Of a DNA stretch of 56,183 nt, positions 1 to 8,919 are shown in pieces. Positions within the stretch are counted from its first letter, which is position 1, and the number at the start of each line of letters is the position of its first letter. The DNA comes from Chloroflexota bacterium. GTDB taxonomy: Bacteria; Chloroflexota; Anaerolineae; Aggregatilineales; J027. A program made the translations under genes and the position numbers. Under the pieces are notes generated by a model. The model saw only the letters and a program-made list of their open reading frames with translations, searched no databases and was not told the origin of the DNA. Where the stretch lies: assembly GCA_010092845.1 (NCBI GenBank), contig JAADYW010000098.1, positions 1-56,183 on the forward strand, read 5' to 3'.

Positions 1-1
1 G

Positions 2-349
2 CTCGCTACCGGCCTGGCTGCCTTCCATGCAGACCTGGGTGAGGACATGCAACGGGTAACGCTGGTCGTGATGAGTGAGTTTGGCCGGCGCCTGCAGGAA
101 AACGCCAATCGAGGGACCGATCATGGGCATGGCGGCGTCATGCTGGTGATGAGTGGCAATCTAGCTCAGGGCCCAATCTTTGCCAACTGGCCCGGCCTCG
201 AAGCGGGTAACCTGGACCGTGGTGATCTGGCGATCACCACCGACTACCGTGATGTACTGAGCGACATCCTGACGCAGCGTTTGAACGCACCTGACACAAG
301 CGCTGTTTTCCCCGGCTTCACTCCCCAACCGTTGGCGCTTTTCGGATAG
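2..349 (+). CDS. DUF1501 domain-containing protein, C-terminal fragment (5' end outside window)
   Basis: The frame is open from nt 2; LATGLAAFHADLGED precedes the first Met at 47. 'MSEFGRR...NANRGTDHGHGG' resembles the conserved sulfatase-like C-terminal core of DUF1501 proteins. Stop at 347-349. Confidence 0.6.
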   Translation, partial: LATGLAAFHADLGEDMQRVTLVVMSEFGRRLQENANRGTDHGHGGVMLVMSGNLAQGPIFANWPGLEAGNLDRGDLAITTDYRDVLSDILTQRLNAPDTSAVFPGFTPQPLALFG

Positions 350-380
350 CGCGTCTCTGCTTCCAGGATAGGTGCATTCT

Positions 381-411
381 GACGGGTAAGTCTCCTTGAG
401 GCTTGCCCGTC
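381..411. terminator. Hairpin between convergent genes (possible bidirectional terminator)
   Basis: gacgggtaag (381-390) pairs with cttgcccgtc (402-411), giving a 10-bp stem with one G-U and an 11-nt loop. It sits between the DUF1501 stop (349) and the xseB stop (415). There is no strong U-tract. Confidence 0.4.
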
Positions 412-414
412 TAG

Positions 415-642
415 CTATTCATCTAGCGGGATGTACTCGTCTCCGACAAGTTGTCGCACACGCAGCTCAGCGTTGTCCAGGAGCTTTGCACAGTGGGCCG
501 ATAGCTTCTGCCCTTTTTCGTACAAATCGAGGGATTGGTCCAGCGACAATCCGCCGCTCTCAAGCTTTTGCACAATATCTTCCAGTTGGGTATAGGCTGC
601 TTCGAAACTCAGGACGTCAATTTCCGGGTTGGGTGTGGTCAC
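415..642 (-). CDS. xseB: Exodeoxyribonuclease VII small subunit
   Basis: 75-aa protein. 'SFEAAYTQLEDIVQKLESGGLSLDQSLDLYEKGQKLSAHC' is the typical XseB helical hairpin, and size and composition fit the family. Confidence 0.85.
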   Translation of the reverse strand: MTTPNPEIDVLSFEAAYTQLEDIVQKLESGGLSLDQSLDLYEKGQKLSAHCAKLLDNAELRVRQLVGDEYIPLDE

Positions 643-736
643 TGCGATTTAGCTCCATAAGAAATCGGCATTTCAACACATAGTAACCCAAAACACCACA
701 AAATTCAGGGGACAGATTAGGCTGGGTATGATGTAC

Positions 737-742
737 TATAAT
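737..742 (+). promoter_or_regulatory. Candidate -10 box (TATAAT) for the DUF2085/DUF4126 operon
   Basis: A perfect TATAAT lies 31 nt upstream of the 773 start, in an AT-rich divergent intergenic region. I found no convincing -35 at 17-bp spacing; GGGACA at 709-714 is 22 bp away. Confidence 0.25.
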
Positions 743-772
743 AGCCAGCAGCGAAGCGTAGTATTGTGACGA

Positions 773-1639
773 ATGGTGAATCTGATGGAATACGAAGCCA
801 GCTCAACCACTACATCTCGGCCACATCATACTGCTGGCTATAGCCTGGTACTGATTGCTCTGGTGGTTAGCGCCGCTGTGCTGGTTATCGGTCCCTGGTT
901 GTTGTTGACCCCGGATGGCTTTCTCGGCAAACTCGATGCAGTTGGCTATGCGACCTGCCACCGCATCGCGGAACGTTCGTTCAGCGCTTATGATCGCCAG
1001 TTACCACTGTGCGCACGGTGCAGCGGAATCTACCTTGGCATGTGGACTGGGCTGGGGGTGATCGCAGCGACTGGCCGTTTGCGTGCCAGCCGCCTGCCGG
1101 ATTGGAAGATGGCGCTTGTCCTGGTGATGTTTGTCGCGATCCTGGGTGTGGATGGCCTCAATAGCTATTTTCACCTTTTCCCGGATTTTGATGATGGCCT
1201 CTACCAGCCAAATAACACCTTGCGCGTCACAACTGGCGCTTTCGTCGGCCTGGCGATGATCCATCTCTTGCTACCGACATTCAATGCGGCGGTATGGCGT
1301 GTCCAGGACCGCCGCCGAGCCCTTGAGGGTTGGCAAGATCTCGGGATCTATTGTGCCGCTGTCGCTGGGACCGTTCTGCTAACCCTGAGTGGTAGTTGGT
1401 TACTCCTTTATGTTTTCGGGATCATCAGCGCTTTGGGGATCTTGTTTGTGCTGACGTTGGTCAACAGTGTGATGTTTATTGCATTTCTGCGTCGCGACCG
1501 TACGTATCACCAGTGGGGGCAGTTGTGGCTACCTGCTCTCGCCGGATTGACGGCTGCCATTCTCCTTATTGGCGGGATGGATGCGATGCGTTTTGCATTG
1601 ACGGGTACCTGGGAAGGCTTCGTGTTCGGAACGGAGTAG
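773..1639 (+). CDS. DUF2085 family membrane protein
   Basis: Carries 'CHRIAERSF' and 'LCARCSGIYLG' Cys motifs typical of DUF2085, with multiple hydrophobic helices. Confidence 0.7.
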   Translation: MVNLMEYEASSTTTSRPHHTAGYSLVLIALVVSAAVLVIGPWLLLTPDGFLGKLDAVGYATCHRIAERSFSAYDRQLPLCARCSGIYLGMWTGLGVIAATGRLRASRLPDWKMALVLVMFVAILGVDGLNSYFHLFPDFDDGLYQPNNTLRVTTGAFVGLAMIHLLLPTFNAAVWRVQDRRRALEGWQDLGIYCAAVAGTVLLTLSGSWLLLYVFGIISALGILFVLTLVNSVMFIAFLRRDRTYHQWGQLWLPALAGLTAAILLIGGMDAMRFALTGTWEGFVFGTE

Positions 1640-1642
1640 AAG

Positions 1643-2230
1643 ATGGAAACCATAGCAACAGGTTTGGGGCTGTCATCCAGCGCTGGTTTGAACGCCTATC
1701 TCCCGCTCTTGATCTATAATCTGGGTGTTCGGTTTGATCTGATCCAGGCTGAAGGTCAGATCGCCGATACGCTTGCTTCCTGGCCGGCGTTGGGATTATT
1801 CGCTGTTTTGTTGATCATTGAGATGGCTGTCGATAAGGTGCCGGTCCTCGATAGTGGTAACGACATCATTAACACGGTTATTCGCCCGGTGGCTGGTGCG
1901 GCGCTTATGATTGCCAGCACGGGGGCGCTCCAAGACGAATTCAGCCCCGAGATGGTCCAACTCTTCAGCTTGATCTCGGGGGGGACATCGGCTGGCGGGG
2001 TACATGCAGTCAAAGCGCTGTCACGTCCACTGGTGACGGGAACAACGGGTGGGACCGGTAACATCCTGGTGAGTATCCTGGAGGATATTATCAGTTTGTT
2101 TGTCTCGCTCTTTGCGATCTTGTTGCCGTTTGTTATCGTCTTTCTGGGGATCAGTGTCGTGGTCCTGGCTTTCTGGTGGCTGTTTGAAATGCAGCGCCGT
2201 GATATGCTGGAGCGTCGGGGCTACCGGTGA
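1643..2230 (+). CDS. DUF4126 family membrane protein
   Basis: The 'GLSSSAGLNAYLPLL' N-terminus and Gly/Ala-rich TM helices resemble DUF4126. It starts 3 nt after the DUF2085 stop. Confidence 0.6.
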   Translation: METIATGLGLSSSAGLNAYLPLLIYNLGVRFDLIQAEGQIADTLASWPALGLFAVLLIIEMAVDKVPVLDSGNDIINTVIRPVAGAALMIASTGALQDEFSPEMVQLFSLISGGTSAGGVHAVKALSRPLVTGTTGGTGNILVSILEDIISLFVSLFAILLPFVIVFLGISVVVLAFWWLFEMQRRDMLERRGYR

Positions 2231-2260
2231 CCGCCAGGCTATGGCGACAACTTCACCTAC

Positions 2261-3067
2261 GTGCTTAACGATAAGGGACTCTACATGGATTTGCACGCAT
2301 TTGATAACCCGGAGTTGCTGTCAACCTTATTCTATCCACGCGCGGCAGATCCAAACCCCACGCGCGATGGCCGCATCATCGATGGTACGGTGGCGGTTGA
2401 GAAGGATGTCGTTATTGGTTATCGCCTTTTCAAGGTGCCTGAGTCGCGTGCTGTAATTATTCTCTATCATGGGAATGGCGAGATTGCGACTGACTACAAC
2501 ATGATTGCGCCCCTGTACCATGACATTCAATTGTCCCTGATGGTGGTTGATTTTCGTGGCTATGGGTGGAGTACTGGCCAGCCAACAGTATCGAGCCTGA
2601 TTGCGGATGTCGATCCCTTGCACAACGCGCTCGCGGAGATCATGACAGCATCCTTCCCAGATAATCCGTTCCTGTTGGTGATGGGACGCTCATTGGGGAG
2701 CGTGCCTGCCATTCATATGGCCTACGCCTATCCCAATACCTTCAAGGGGCTGATCATCGAGAGTGGTTTTGCGACACCGGACCCGCTGCTCGTACGCCGC
2801 GGCTTTAGCCCCGATTTCTACGGCGGTGGCGCTGACCCAATTGGCAACGAGCGCAAAATGACGACCTTATCTCTGCCACTGCTGGTTATTCATGGTGAGC
2901 AGGACCAGCTTATACCTGTTGCGCAAGGCCAGGCGCTGTTTGACGCCTCGCCAGCAGCTAACAAGCGTATCCTGCGCGTAGCGGGGGCGGGGCACAATAA
3001 CCTGCTGGTGTATGCCGACCGCTATTTCGCGGCTGTGGACACATTTGTGACCAACCTAGACGCGTGA
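2261..3067 (+). CDS. Alpha/beta hydrolase (BEM46/ABHD13-like serine hydrolase)
   Basis: Carries the 'YHGNGE' oxyanion region, nucleophile elbow 'GRSLGS', 'HGEQDQLIP' and 'GAGHNN' (the catalytic Asp and His regions). The start could instead be the Met at 2285. Confidence 0.7.
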   Translation: MLNDKGLYMDLHAFDNPELLSTLFYPRAADPNPTRDGRIIDGTVAVEKDVVIGYRLFKVPESRAVIILYHGNGEIATDYNMIAPLYHDIQLSLMVVDFRGYGWSTGQPTVSSLIADVDPLHNALAEIMTASFPDNPFLLVMGRSLGSVPAIHMAYAYPNTFKGLIIESGFATPDPLLVRRGFSPDFYGGGADPIGNERKMTTLSLPLLVIHGEQDQLIPVAQGQALFDASPAANKRILRVAGAGHNNLLVYADRYFAAVDTFVTNLDA

Positions 3068-3089
3068 CCCCGTTTCACAGCGCGCGGCG

Positions 3090-4019
3090 CTATCCAAACA
3101 GCAGAACGTGCAGGCCCCACGCTACAACATAAACCACTCCAAACCATTTGTGGAGGCGTGCTGTGCCCAGCAGTACCTGATGGAGTTCGCTGGCGTCCTC
3201 GCTTTGCGTGGCAATCCGTATCAGGCGCCATGCTTCAGGTACCAGAATCATTACTGAGAGCGTTGCTGCGGGGGCGATACCGGCCAGAACGAGGATTGGC
3301 GTCACGACAAATGCGCCTGCCGTCAGAAACACATATTCACCGCGGGCAAAGCGACGGCCAAAAATCGTCGCTAAGGTATATTTTTTCTCAACCCGATCCG
3401 CTTCCAGGTCGCGCAGATTATTGGCATGCAACAGATCGGCCACCAGGAACGCCACCGGCAATCCCCCCCAGATAGCGGCAGCGCTGACGGCCTCAGCCAT
3501 GACGAAGTAGGTGCCGATGACGATCAAAGGGCCCATAAACACAAAGACAGCAATCTCACCGAGTCCGATATAGGCCAGCGGATAGGGGCCGGCAGTGTAA
3601 AGCACGACCACCAGAACTGCTGCTATCCCGATATACAGCACAAGAGGACCGGTGACGGCTACGAAGTAGAGGCCGATGATTGTCCCAAGCGCCAGTGTGA
3701 TGCCGCCACCGACCAGGACCTGGCGGGGCGTAAGCAGGCCACGAGCGATAATCATGCCCAGGCCATGCGTTTTCTGCTTGTCGGAGCCTTTTGTGTAGTC
3801 GTAGTACTCATTAATCAGGTTGGCACTGATCTGCAGAAACAGGACGCCGATCAGCGCCAGCACCAGGTGCAATAGATGGAAATGGTCGTCCTGCCAGGCG
3901 ATAACGGCCCCCAGGGCAACCGGCACATAGGTGGCCGTCAGGCTACGGGGCCGAGATGCCTGATACCAGGCGTTGATCTGCTTTGGCCAGCGCGATGACG
4001 AAGGTATTGATGCGGGCAT
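3090..4019 (-). CDS. menA: 1,4-dihydroxy-2-naphthoate polyprenyltransferase (UbiA superfamily)
   Basis: Asp-rich motifs 'NEYYDYTKGSD' and 'NNLRDLEADRVEKKYTLA' are present, with about 8-9 TM helices. I prefer the ATG at 4019 (GAAGGA Shine-Dalgarno 5 nt upstream) over the track start at 4094, which would overlap the CheR gene by 56 nt. Confidence 0.7.
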   Translation of the reverse strand: MPASIPSSSRWPKQINAWYQASRPRSLTATYVPVALGAVIAWQDDHFHLLHLVLALIGVLFLQISANLINEYYDYTKGSDKQKTHGLGMIIARGLLTPRQVLVGGGITLALGTIIGLYFVAVTGPLVLYIGIAAVLVVVLYTAGPYPLAYIGLGEIAVFVFMGPLIVIGTYFVMAEAVSAAAIWGGLPVAFLVADLLHANNLRDLEADRVEKKYTLATIFGRRFARGEYVFLTAGAFVVTPILVLAGIAPAATLSVMILVPEAWRLIRIATQSEDASELHQVLLGTARLHKWFGVVYVVAWGLHVLLFG

Positions 4020-4038
4020 ATGTTCCTTCTGGATGAAT

Positions 4039-5457
4039 TCACTCAAGGCGATGATCAACAAGCGAAACCAGTTGCCCCGCAGTGACATCGGCAACGTCGC
4101 TCAGCCCGACATCGGGTGGAAGCGCGCGGGCCAGGCGATGAGCAGTTTGCCAGGCGCGTTGGGCACGCTGAGATTGTCCTTCCAACGCAAACAAATCACC
4201 GCTGAGCAAATGCGCCAGGGCGAAGTTGGGCCGGCAATAGATCGACGCCCGCAACGATGAGCGCGCCGCTTGCCAGTCGTTGGCTTGCAGATGGACAAGC
4301 GCCATGAGGTAATGTGCGTCAGGATAGAGCATATCGGCTTCCGTTGCTGCATGCAAGAACTCATGAGCTTCGGCTTGTTGTCCCAAGCCGATCAATACCG
4401 CCGCCATTAAACTGTACACGGGAGCACGGTTCCGTTGTTTGGCTGTCTCGAGAAGAGGTTGTAACAACCCCCTGGCTGCTTCCAGTTGGCCCCGCTGGAA
4501 CGTCCAGACGGCTTGCTGGTAAGCCGAAACAGCATGCTGTTCATCGCGGGGTTTTTCTGGGGACCAGGATACCGGATGCCGCAGCGCGTTTTGGTCTGTT
4601 GTGGCGCCCCCGTGGACACGACGTTTGCGATAAACAATCGTGTCGTTGATCCGCTGGAAGCGAAACATGGGACGTGTATGGCGCAGGCTTTCTACTGCAC
4701 TCAAAAACAGCCAGCCGTCCGGCTTTAGCGAATGAGCCAGGCGGGTCTCGGCGATTTCAGCGCCAGGACGTGTGAAGTAAATCAGCACATTCCGGCAGAT
4801 GATGAGGTCTTGTGGTTCATGGTGGCAATTAAGCAGGTTGCTGTGTTGAAAACGAACCAGCTTGCGCAAATGTGGCCGAATTTCGAAGAGCACCGGCTGC
4901 TCTTGCCGGTCTTGAGCTTGAACAGGTTTGAAATGCTGGTCTCGCAACTGTGGTGAGGTGTTACGAAATGACCAGTCTCGATAGCGCGCCACTCGGGCCA
5001 CATCCAACGCAACATCGTTGACATCAGTTGCGAGCACCTGAACATCCCAGCGGGCGTGGTTGGGAAGTAATTCGTCGATCAACATGGCCAATGAATACGC
5101 TTCTTCACCGGTAGCGCACCCAGCACTCCACAGGCGCAACGTGAGATCTTGCTGTTGACGCTTCAGCTGAATTAGCGCCGGTAGAACTTCCTGACGTAGG
5201 GCATTGATCTGGTCAGCATCCCGCATGAAGTAGGTTTCGCCAACCGTGAGTTCAGACAACAAATCTTGCCAGATACGCTCACGTTCATCTACGTTTTTCA
5301 GGGCGCTGATGTATTCTGCCGGGGCGCGGTAGGCTTGAGGATTGAAGCGGACGAATTCCATCAGGCGATTGCGTGAACGTCCAAACGTGTTAAGTCCTGT
5401 GCGCTCAGCGATCAGGTTCGAAAGGTGGTCCAGTTGATCAGACGTAAATTCAGGCAT
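4039..5457 (-). CDS. CheR-type SAM-dependent protein methyltransferase with C-terminal TPR-like repeats
   Basis: The 'LRLWSAGCATGEEAYSLAML' SAM-binding motif and 'IICRNVLIYF' are typical of CheR. The C-terminal ~170 aa consists of helical TPR-like repeats (AVSAYQQAVWTFQRGQLEAA..., ALVHLQANDWQAA...). Confidence 0.75.
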   Translation of the reverse strand: MPEFTSDQLDHLSNLIAERTGLNTFGRSRNRLMEFVRFNPQAYRAPAEYISALKNVDERERIWQDLLSELTVGETYFMRDADQINALRQEVLPALIQLKRQQQDLTLRLWSAGCATGEEAYSLAMLIDELLPNHARWDVQVLATDVNDVALDVARVARYRDWSFRNTSPQLRDQHFKPVQAQDRQEQPVLFEIRPHLRKLVRFQHSNLLNCHHEPQDLIICRNVLIYFTRPGAEIAETRLAHSLKPDGWLFLSAVESLRHTRPMFRFQRINDTIVYRKRRVHGGATTDQNALRHPVSWSPEKPRDEQHAVSAYQQAVWTFQRGQLEAARGLLQPLLETAKQRNRAPVYSLMAAVLIGLGQQAEAHEFLHAATEADMLYPDAHYLMALVHLQANDWQAARSSLRASIYCRPNFALAHLLSGDLFALEGQSQRAQRAWQTAHRLARALPPDVGLSDVADVTAGQLVSLVDHRLE

Positions 5458-5462
5458 TTCAC

Positions 5463-6416
5463 TTAATTATCAACTAGCGCACGATCAAAAAAGCCCACGA
5501 CTCGTTCTGCGTAGAGCTCCGGTGCGACATCAATGTAGTTACCATGCCCGGCGCCGGGTACGACCCACAGCTCGGCGTGAGGGGTCGCCGCCTCGGCTTG
5601 AAGACGACCTCCCGCCAGGCTACTTTCCTTTGAGCCATATATCAAGAGCACCGGTCGCGGACCGATCTGGTCGATGACATCGACTGGACTCAAGGTATCG
5701 AGGCTATTGCCAACGATCACCCGGTACGTCAGGCGAAAACTCCACCGGAAAGGTGTCACCAGCAGTGGCATATCCTGTTCGTAATCGTGAATCAGATCGT
5801 CCAGATCTGCATAGCCACCCTCGGCGACGACTGCTTTCAGGCTAGGATATCGTGCTGCCGCCATAATGGCCGTTGCGCCAGCCGATGAGAAGCCGTGAAT
5901 CCCTACACGGTCCATATCGATATCATTACGTGATCGCAGATAATCCAGAACATCGCCAACTTCCTGGACTTCGCCATGCCCCAGGCTCAATGGCCCCAGG
6001 CCAGCGCACCGGCGCGAATCGAAGGTCAGGACATTATAGCCACGCTGCATGAGGACACGAGCCTCTTTCAAGCGAGCTCCACGATCACCGCTGGTGGCCG
6101 GCGGAAAAATGACGGTGGCGCTATTGGTGCCGTGAACAAGATACCCCTCAAATGTGCCACCCGAATGCGCAGGAATCGTGATCTGCTCCCAACGATACGG
6201 CCCATAATCGCTGGGGGTTCTGCCACTGGTACGGCATGGCATATAGACCAGACTTGTTACGGTAAGCACGCCGGCCGCCACTGGAAGACACAACATTGCC
6301 GGTATGACCAGACTCCAGAAGAAACAGCCCAGCCGCAACCAGTATCTGCGCCCCCTCCGAGGGCGTTGCTCAACTGTGATCGATGCATGTGAATCAGTTT
6401 GCACTTGCATTCGCAT
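5463..6416 (-). CDS. Membrane-anchored alpha/beta hydrolase (dienelactone hydrolase / S9 peptidase-like)
   Basis: An N-terminal hydrophobic segment is followed by nucleophile elbow 'GIHGFSSAG' and 'VVPGAGHGN'. Its stop lies 5 nt upstream of the CheR-TPR start. Confidence 0.65.
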   Translation of the reverse strand: MRMQVQTDSHASITVEQRPRRGRRYWLRLGCFFWSLVIPAMLCLPVAAGVLTVTSLVYMPCRTSGRTPSDYGPYRWEQITIPAHSGGTFEGYLVHGTNSATVIFPPATSGDRGARLKEARVLMQRGYNVLTFDSRRCAGLGPLSLGHGEVQEVGDVLDYLRSRNDIDMDRVGIHGFSSAGATAIMAAARYPSLKAVVAEGGYADLDDLIHDYEQDMPLLVTPFRWSFRLTYRVIVGNSLDTLSPVDVIDQIGPRPVLLIYGSKESSLAGGRLQAEAATPHAELWVVPGAGHGNYIDVAPELYAERVVGFFDRALVDN

Positions 6417-6707
6417 GCCAGACTAGGCAATAATGGTCGTTACGGAAAGGGGCGATCTTATCTATGGAGCATACTTAAAAGCCCTGTTAGCCCTTAGCCT
6501 GATTATAGCGTGGAACCAAAACTAAGATTTCAAAAAACTTGTGAAATCGTCGTTATGACTGCTGATGATTGAGTAACTACTCTAAGCTTTACAGAGTTTC
6601 TTTAAGGTGTAGGACCCCCGAGTGGTATGGTGAATTGCCGCATCCTGACTACATTAACTGAATCAAACGATCGTGTGCGTAGGGTTCCAGTCGTTCAAAA
6701 TCTATGC

Positions 6708-6713
6708 TACAAT
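6708..6713 (+). promoter_or_regulatory. Candidate -10 box (TACAAT) upstream of rpoD
   Basis: TACAAT lies in the ~400-nt AT-rich region upstream of rpoD. The -35 match is poor (GTTCCA/TTCCAG). Confidence 0.2.
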
Positions 6714-6822
6714 TAGGCGTAATGTGAAAAACGATAATAGAGTTAGATTGACCCCACCAGGCTGCAAACGTGCTGATAAAATTCCGAAGACTTGATGTCC
6801 GTGCAGCAACGGAATTTCACAA

Positions 6823-8355
6823 GTGTGTGCTACATCGACCAAACAGAGGAGGCGAGATACGCCCGTGATCCAGGAACTCATGACCCGAGCAGATCAACGC
6901 GGCTTCGTTACGTTTGAGGACGTATTGGAAGTTCTAGAAGGTGAGAGTGAAGATGTCGCGGCGATCGAAGCCTTGTTAGATGAGCTAGACGAACTTGGAA
7001 TTGAGTTGCATCAGGATGAACATGCGCGCAATCGCACTGCCGATATGGATGACGGCTTCGAGCCTGAGACGATCCGTGATCCCGAAATTGGCGACATCAA
7101 CGCTGTCTCTGCTGATGATCCTGTAGGACTCTATTTTCGACAGATGGCCCAAGAGCCTCTCCTGACAGCCGAAGATGAGGTTACCCTGGCCCGACGAATC
7201 GAGCTCGGTAAAGCTGCGCAGGAACTTCAAGAGGATTTTGAAGCGCTCTTCCAGGGTATTCAAGAAGTCTGTACCTTGACCAAATCCCCGCAACGCTTAC
7301 AGCATAATCCGGAACTGCAGCAGGTGATGCTTGAGAAAAGCGAGGACGTTGCTGAGCGGTTCTATGTCTTCGATGAACTCCTCACGCTGGCCCACAGTGC
7401 GCGTGAGCTTGTCTGGGGCGACGATCATACCGAACAGATAGACTACTTCTATCGTAAGGTGGACGAGCTTGAGGTTCCCGTTCGGCAAGATTTCGAGTGG
7501 GTGGAGATGGCACGCGAACATCTTCGGCGCGGCGATCTATCCAATGGCCTTTTCAAGCCAGTTGGTTTCAAGGCTTCCCTGTCAATGATTAGCTATAGCA
7601 GTGATCTCACCACGATCTTCATCATTGATGGCCAGGCGGCGCGCGAGCATCTAGGACGCGCCAATACACGCCTGGTGGTGAGCATTGCAAAACGGTACAT
7701 GGGCCAGGGATTGCCGTTCCCGGATCTGATCCAGGAGGGCAACGTCGGGTTGATGCGTGCTGTCGACAAATACGATTATAAGCGTGGTAACCGCTTCAGC
7801 ACCTACGCGACGTGGTGGATACGGCAAGCAATCACCCGGGCCCTTGCCCAGAAAACCCGCACCATCCGTATCCCACTGCATATGACTGAGCGTATCCGCC
7901 AGATGTACCGCACCGCTCAATCCCTCGAACAAAGACTTGGCCGCCGGCCTACCCCCGAAGAAATTGCTATCGAAATGGAGATCCAGCCCGAAAACGTGCG
8001 CAGTATGATGGATGCCAGCCAGCATGCCATCGCGCTCGAGCGGCCAGTAGGTGATGATGGCGATAGCGAATTCGGCGATTTTATCGAAGACCAAGAGACT
8101 CCTAGTCCGGTTGAAGCGGCGACCCAGAACCTGCTTCAGGAAACCATCGAGGAAGTGCTCAGTGAACTAACGCCGCGCCAGAGCCACATTCTGCGCTTGC
8201 GGTTTGGCCTGGGCGGCGGCGAACCACATACCCTTGAGGAAATCGCCAATAAGTTCGGCCTTAGCAGGGAACGCATCCGGCAGCTTGAGAAGGAAGCCCT
8301 GCGGCGTTTGCGTCATCCCAGGCTTGCCCATAATCTGCGCGACTATCTGATATAA
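6823..8355 (+). CDS. rpoD: Primary RNA polymerase sigma-70 factor
   Basis: Region 2 reads 'DLIQEGNVGLMRAVDKYDYKRGNRFSTYATWWIRQAITRA'. Region 3 and region 4.2 ('TLEEIANKFGLSRERIRQLEKEALRRLR') are also present, along with an acidic region 1.1 and a long non-conserved spacer. The track start is GTG 6823. An in-frame GTG at 6865, preceded by GAGGAGG (6846-6852), is an equally plausible start. Confidence 0.9.
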   Translation: MCATSTKQRRRDTPVIQELMTRADQRGFVTFEDVLEVLEGESEDVAAIEALLDELDELGIELHQDEHARNRTADMDDGFEPETIRDPEIGDINAVSADDPVGLYFRQMAQEPLLTAEDEVTLARRIELGKAAQELQEDFEALFQGIQEVCTLTKSPQRLQHNPELQQVMLEKSEDVAERFYVFDELLTLAHSARELVWGDDHTEQIDYFYRKVDELEVPVRQDFEWVEMAREHLRRGDLSNGLFKPVGFKASLSMISYSSDLTTIFIIDGQAAREHLGRANTRLVVSIAKRYMGQGLPFPDLIQEGNVGLMRAVDKYDYKRGNRFSTYATWWIRQAITRALAQKTRTIRIPLHMTERIRQMYRTAQSLEQRLGRRPTPEEIAIEMEIQPENVRSMMDASQHAIALERPVGDDGDSEFGDFIEDQETPSPVEAATQNLLQETIEEVLSELTPRQSHILRLRFGLGGGEPHTLEEIANKFGLSRERIRQLEKEALRRLRHPRLAHNLRDYLI

Positions 8356-8387
8356 CTTGTATCGCGATGTACCTGTGCTAGCAAACA

Positions 8388-8412
8388 AGAGCCGGCTAAC
8401 CCCGGCTCTTTT
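8388..8412 (+). terminator. Rho-independent terminator of rpoD
   Basis: agagccgg (8388-8395) pairs with ccggctct (8402-8409) across a 6-nt loop, followed by TTTT. Confidence 0.7.
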
Positions 8413-8535
8413 CGTATCCTGGGCTGCGCCAGGAAGGAATTGCCACCTCACCTAATACCCAGAATATCGCGTAACCAGCCAGGCCTGCTACAATAAGATG
8501 GGTATCCTGAAGGCACTAAGAATCGATAGACGCGA

Positions 8536-8919
8536 ATGGAACAAGTGTTGCAAGACCTCCATGCCGGGCTGAACAATGCCTATATCCTCTTCAGTTTTTT
8601 GCTGGGAATATATGCCGCGGTGATCGCTGGCCGAAACATACCTATCAGTGGAAACTTCTGGGGGGCGATGTGGATGAACACAGGGCTGGCTGCCCTGGTC
8701 TTTGTTGTCTTGCTGGTGCTCGCGATACTAGGCGAGAACCCCAAACGCTTTGTATATTACTTGTATGCGTTGTACTTCGTGATAAGTTTGCCCGGGTTGT
8801 ATGCGGCTCTGGGCGGTGAGGATAATCGCCGGTCCGCACTCTGGTTTAGTGCAGTGTCTCTATTCAATGCTGGGGCTGCCTATCGCTCGGTGACGGTATT
8901 GATCGAACCCTGGGAATGA
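8536..8919 (+). CDS. Small integral membrane protein (about 4 TM), unknown function
   Basis: Four hydrophobic helices. Its stop overlaps the next gene's start by 4 nt (8916-8919). Confidence 0.5.
   Translation: MEQVLQDLHAGLNNAYILFSFLLGIYAAVIAGRNIPISGNFWGAMWMNTGLAALVFVVLLVLAILGENPKRFVYYLYALYFVISLPGLYAALGGEDNRRSALWFSAVSLFNAGAAYRSVTVLIEPWE

Noticed and set aside
396-683. A 95-aa plus-strand ORF overlapping xseB.
   Set aside because: It is antisense to a textbook XseB sequence, and its translation is Arg-rich and featureless.
4020-4094. A 56-nt same-strand overlap between the menA ORF (track start 4094) and the CheR-TPR gene end (4039).
   Set aside because: An internal ATG at 4019 has a GAAGGA Shine-Dalgarno and removes the overlap. 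The extra 25 aa are not part of the conserved MenA core.
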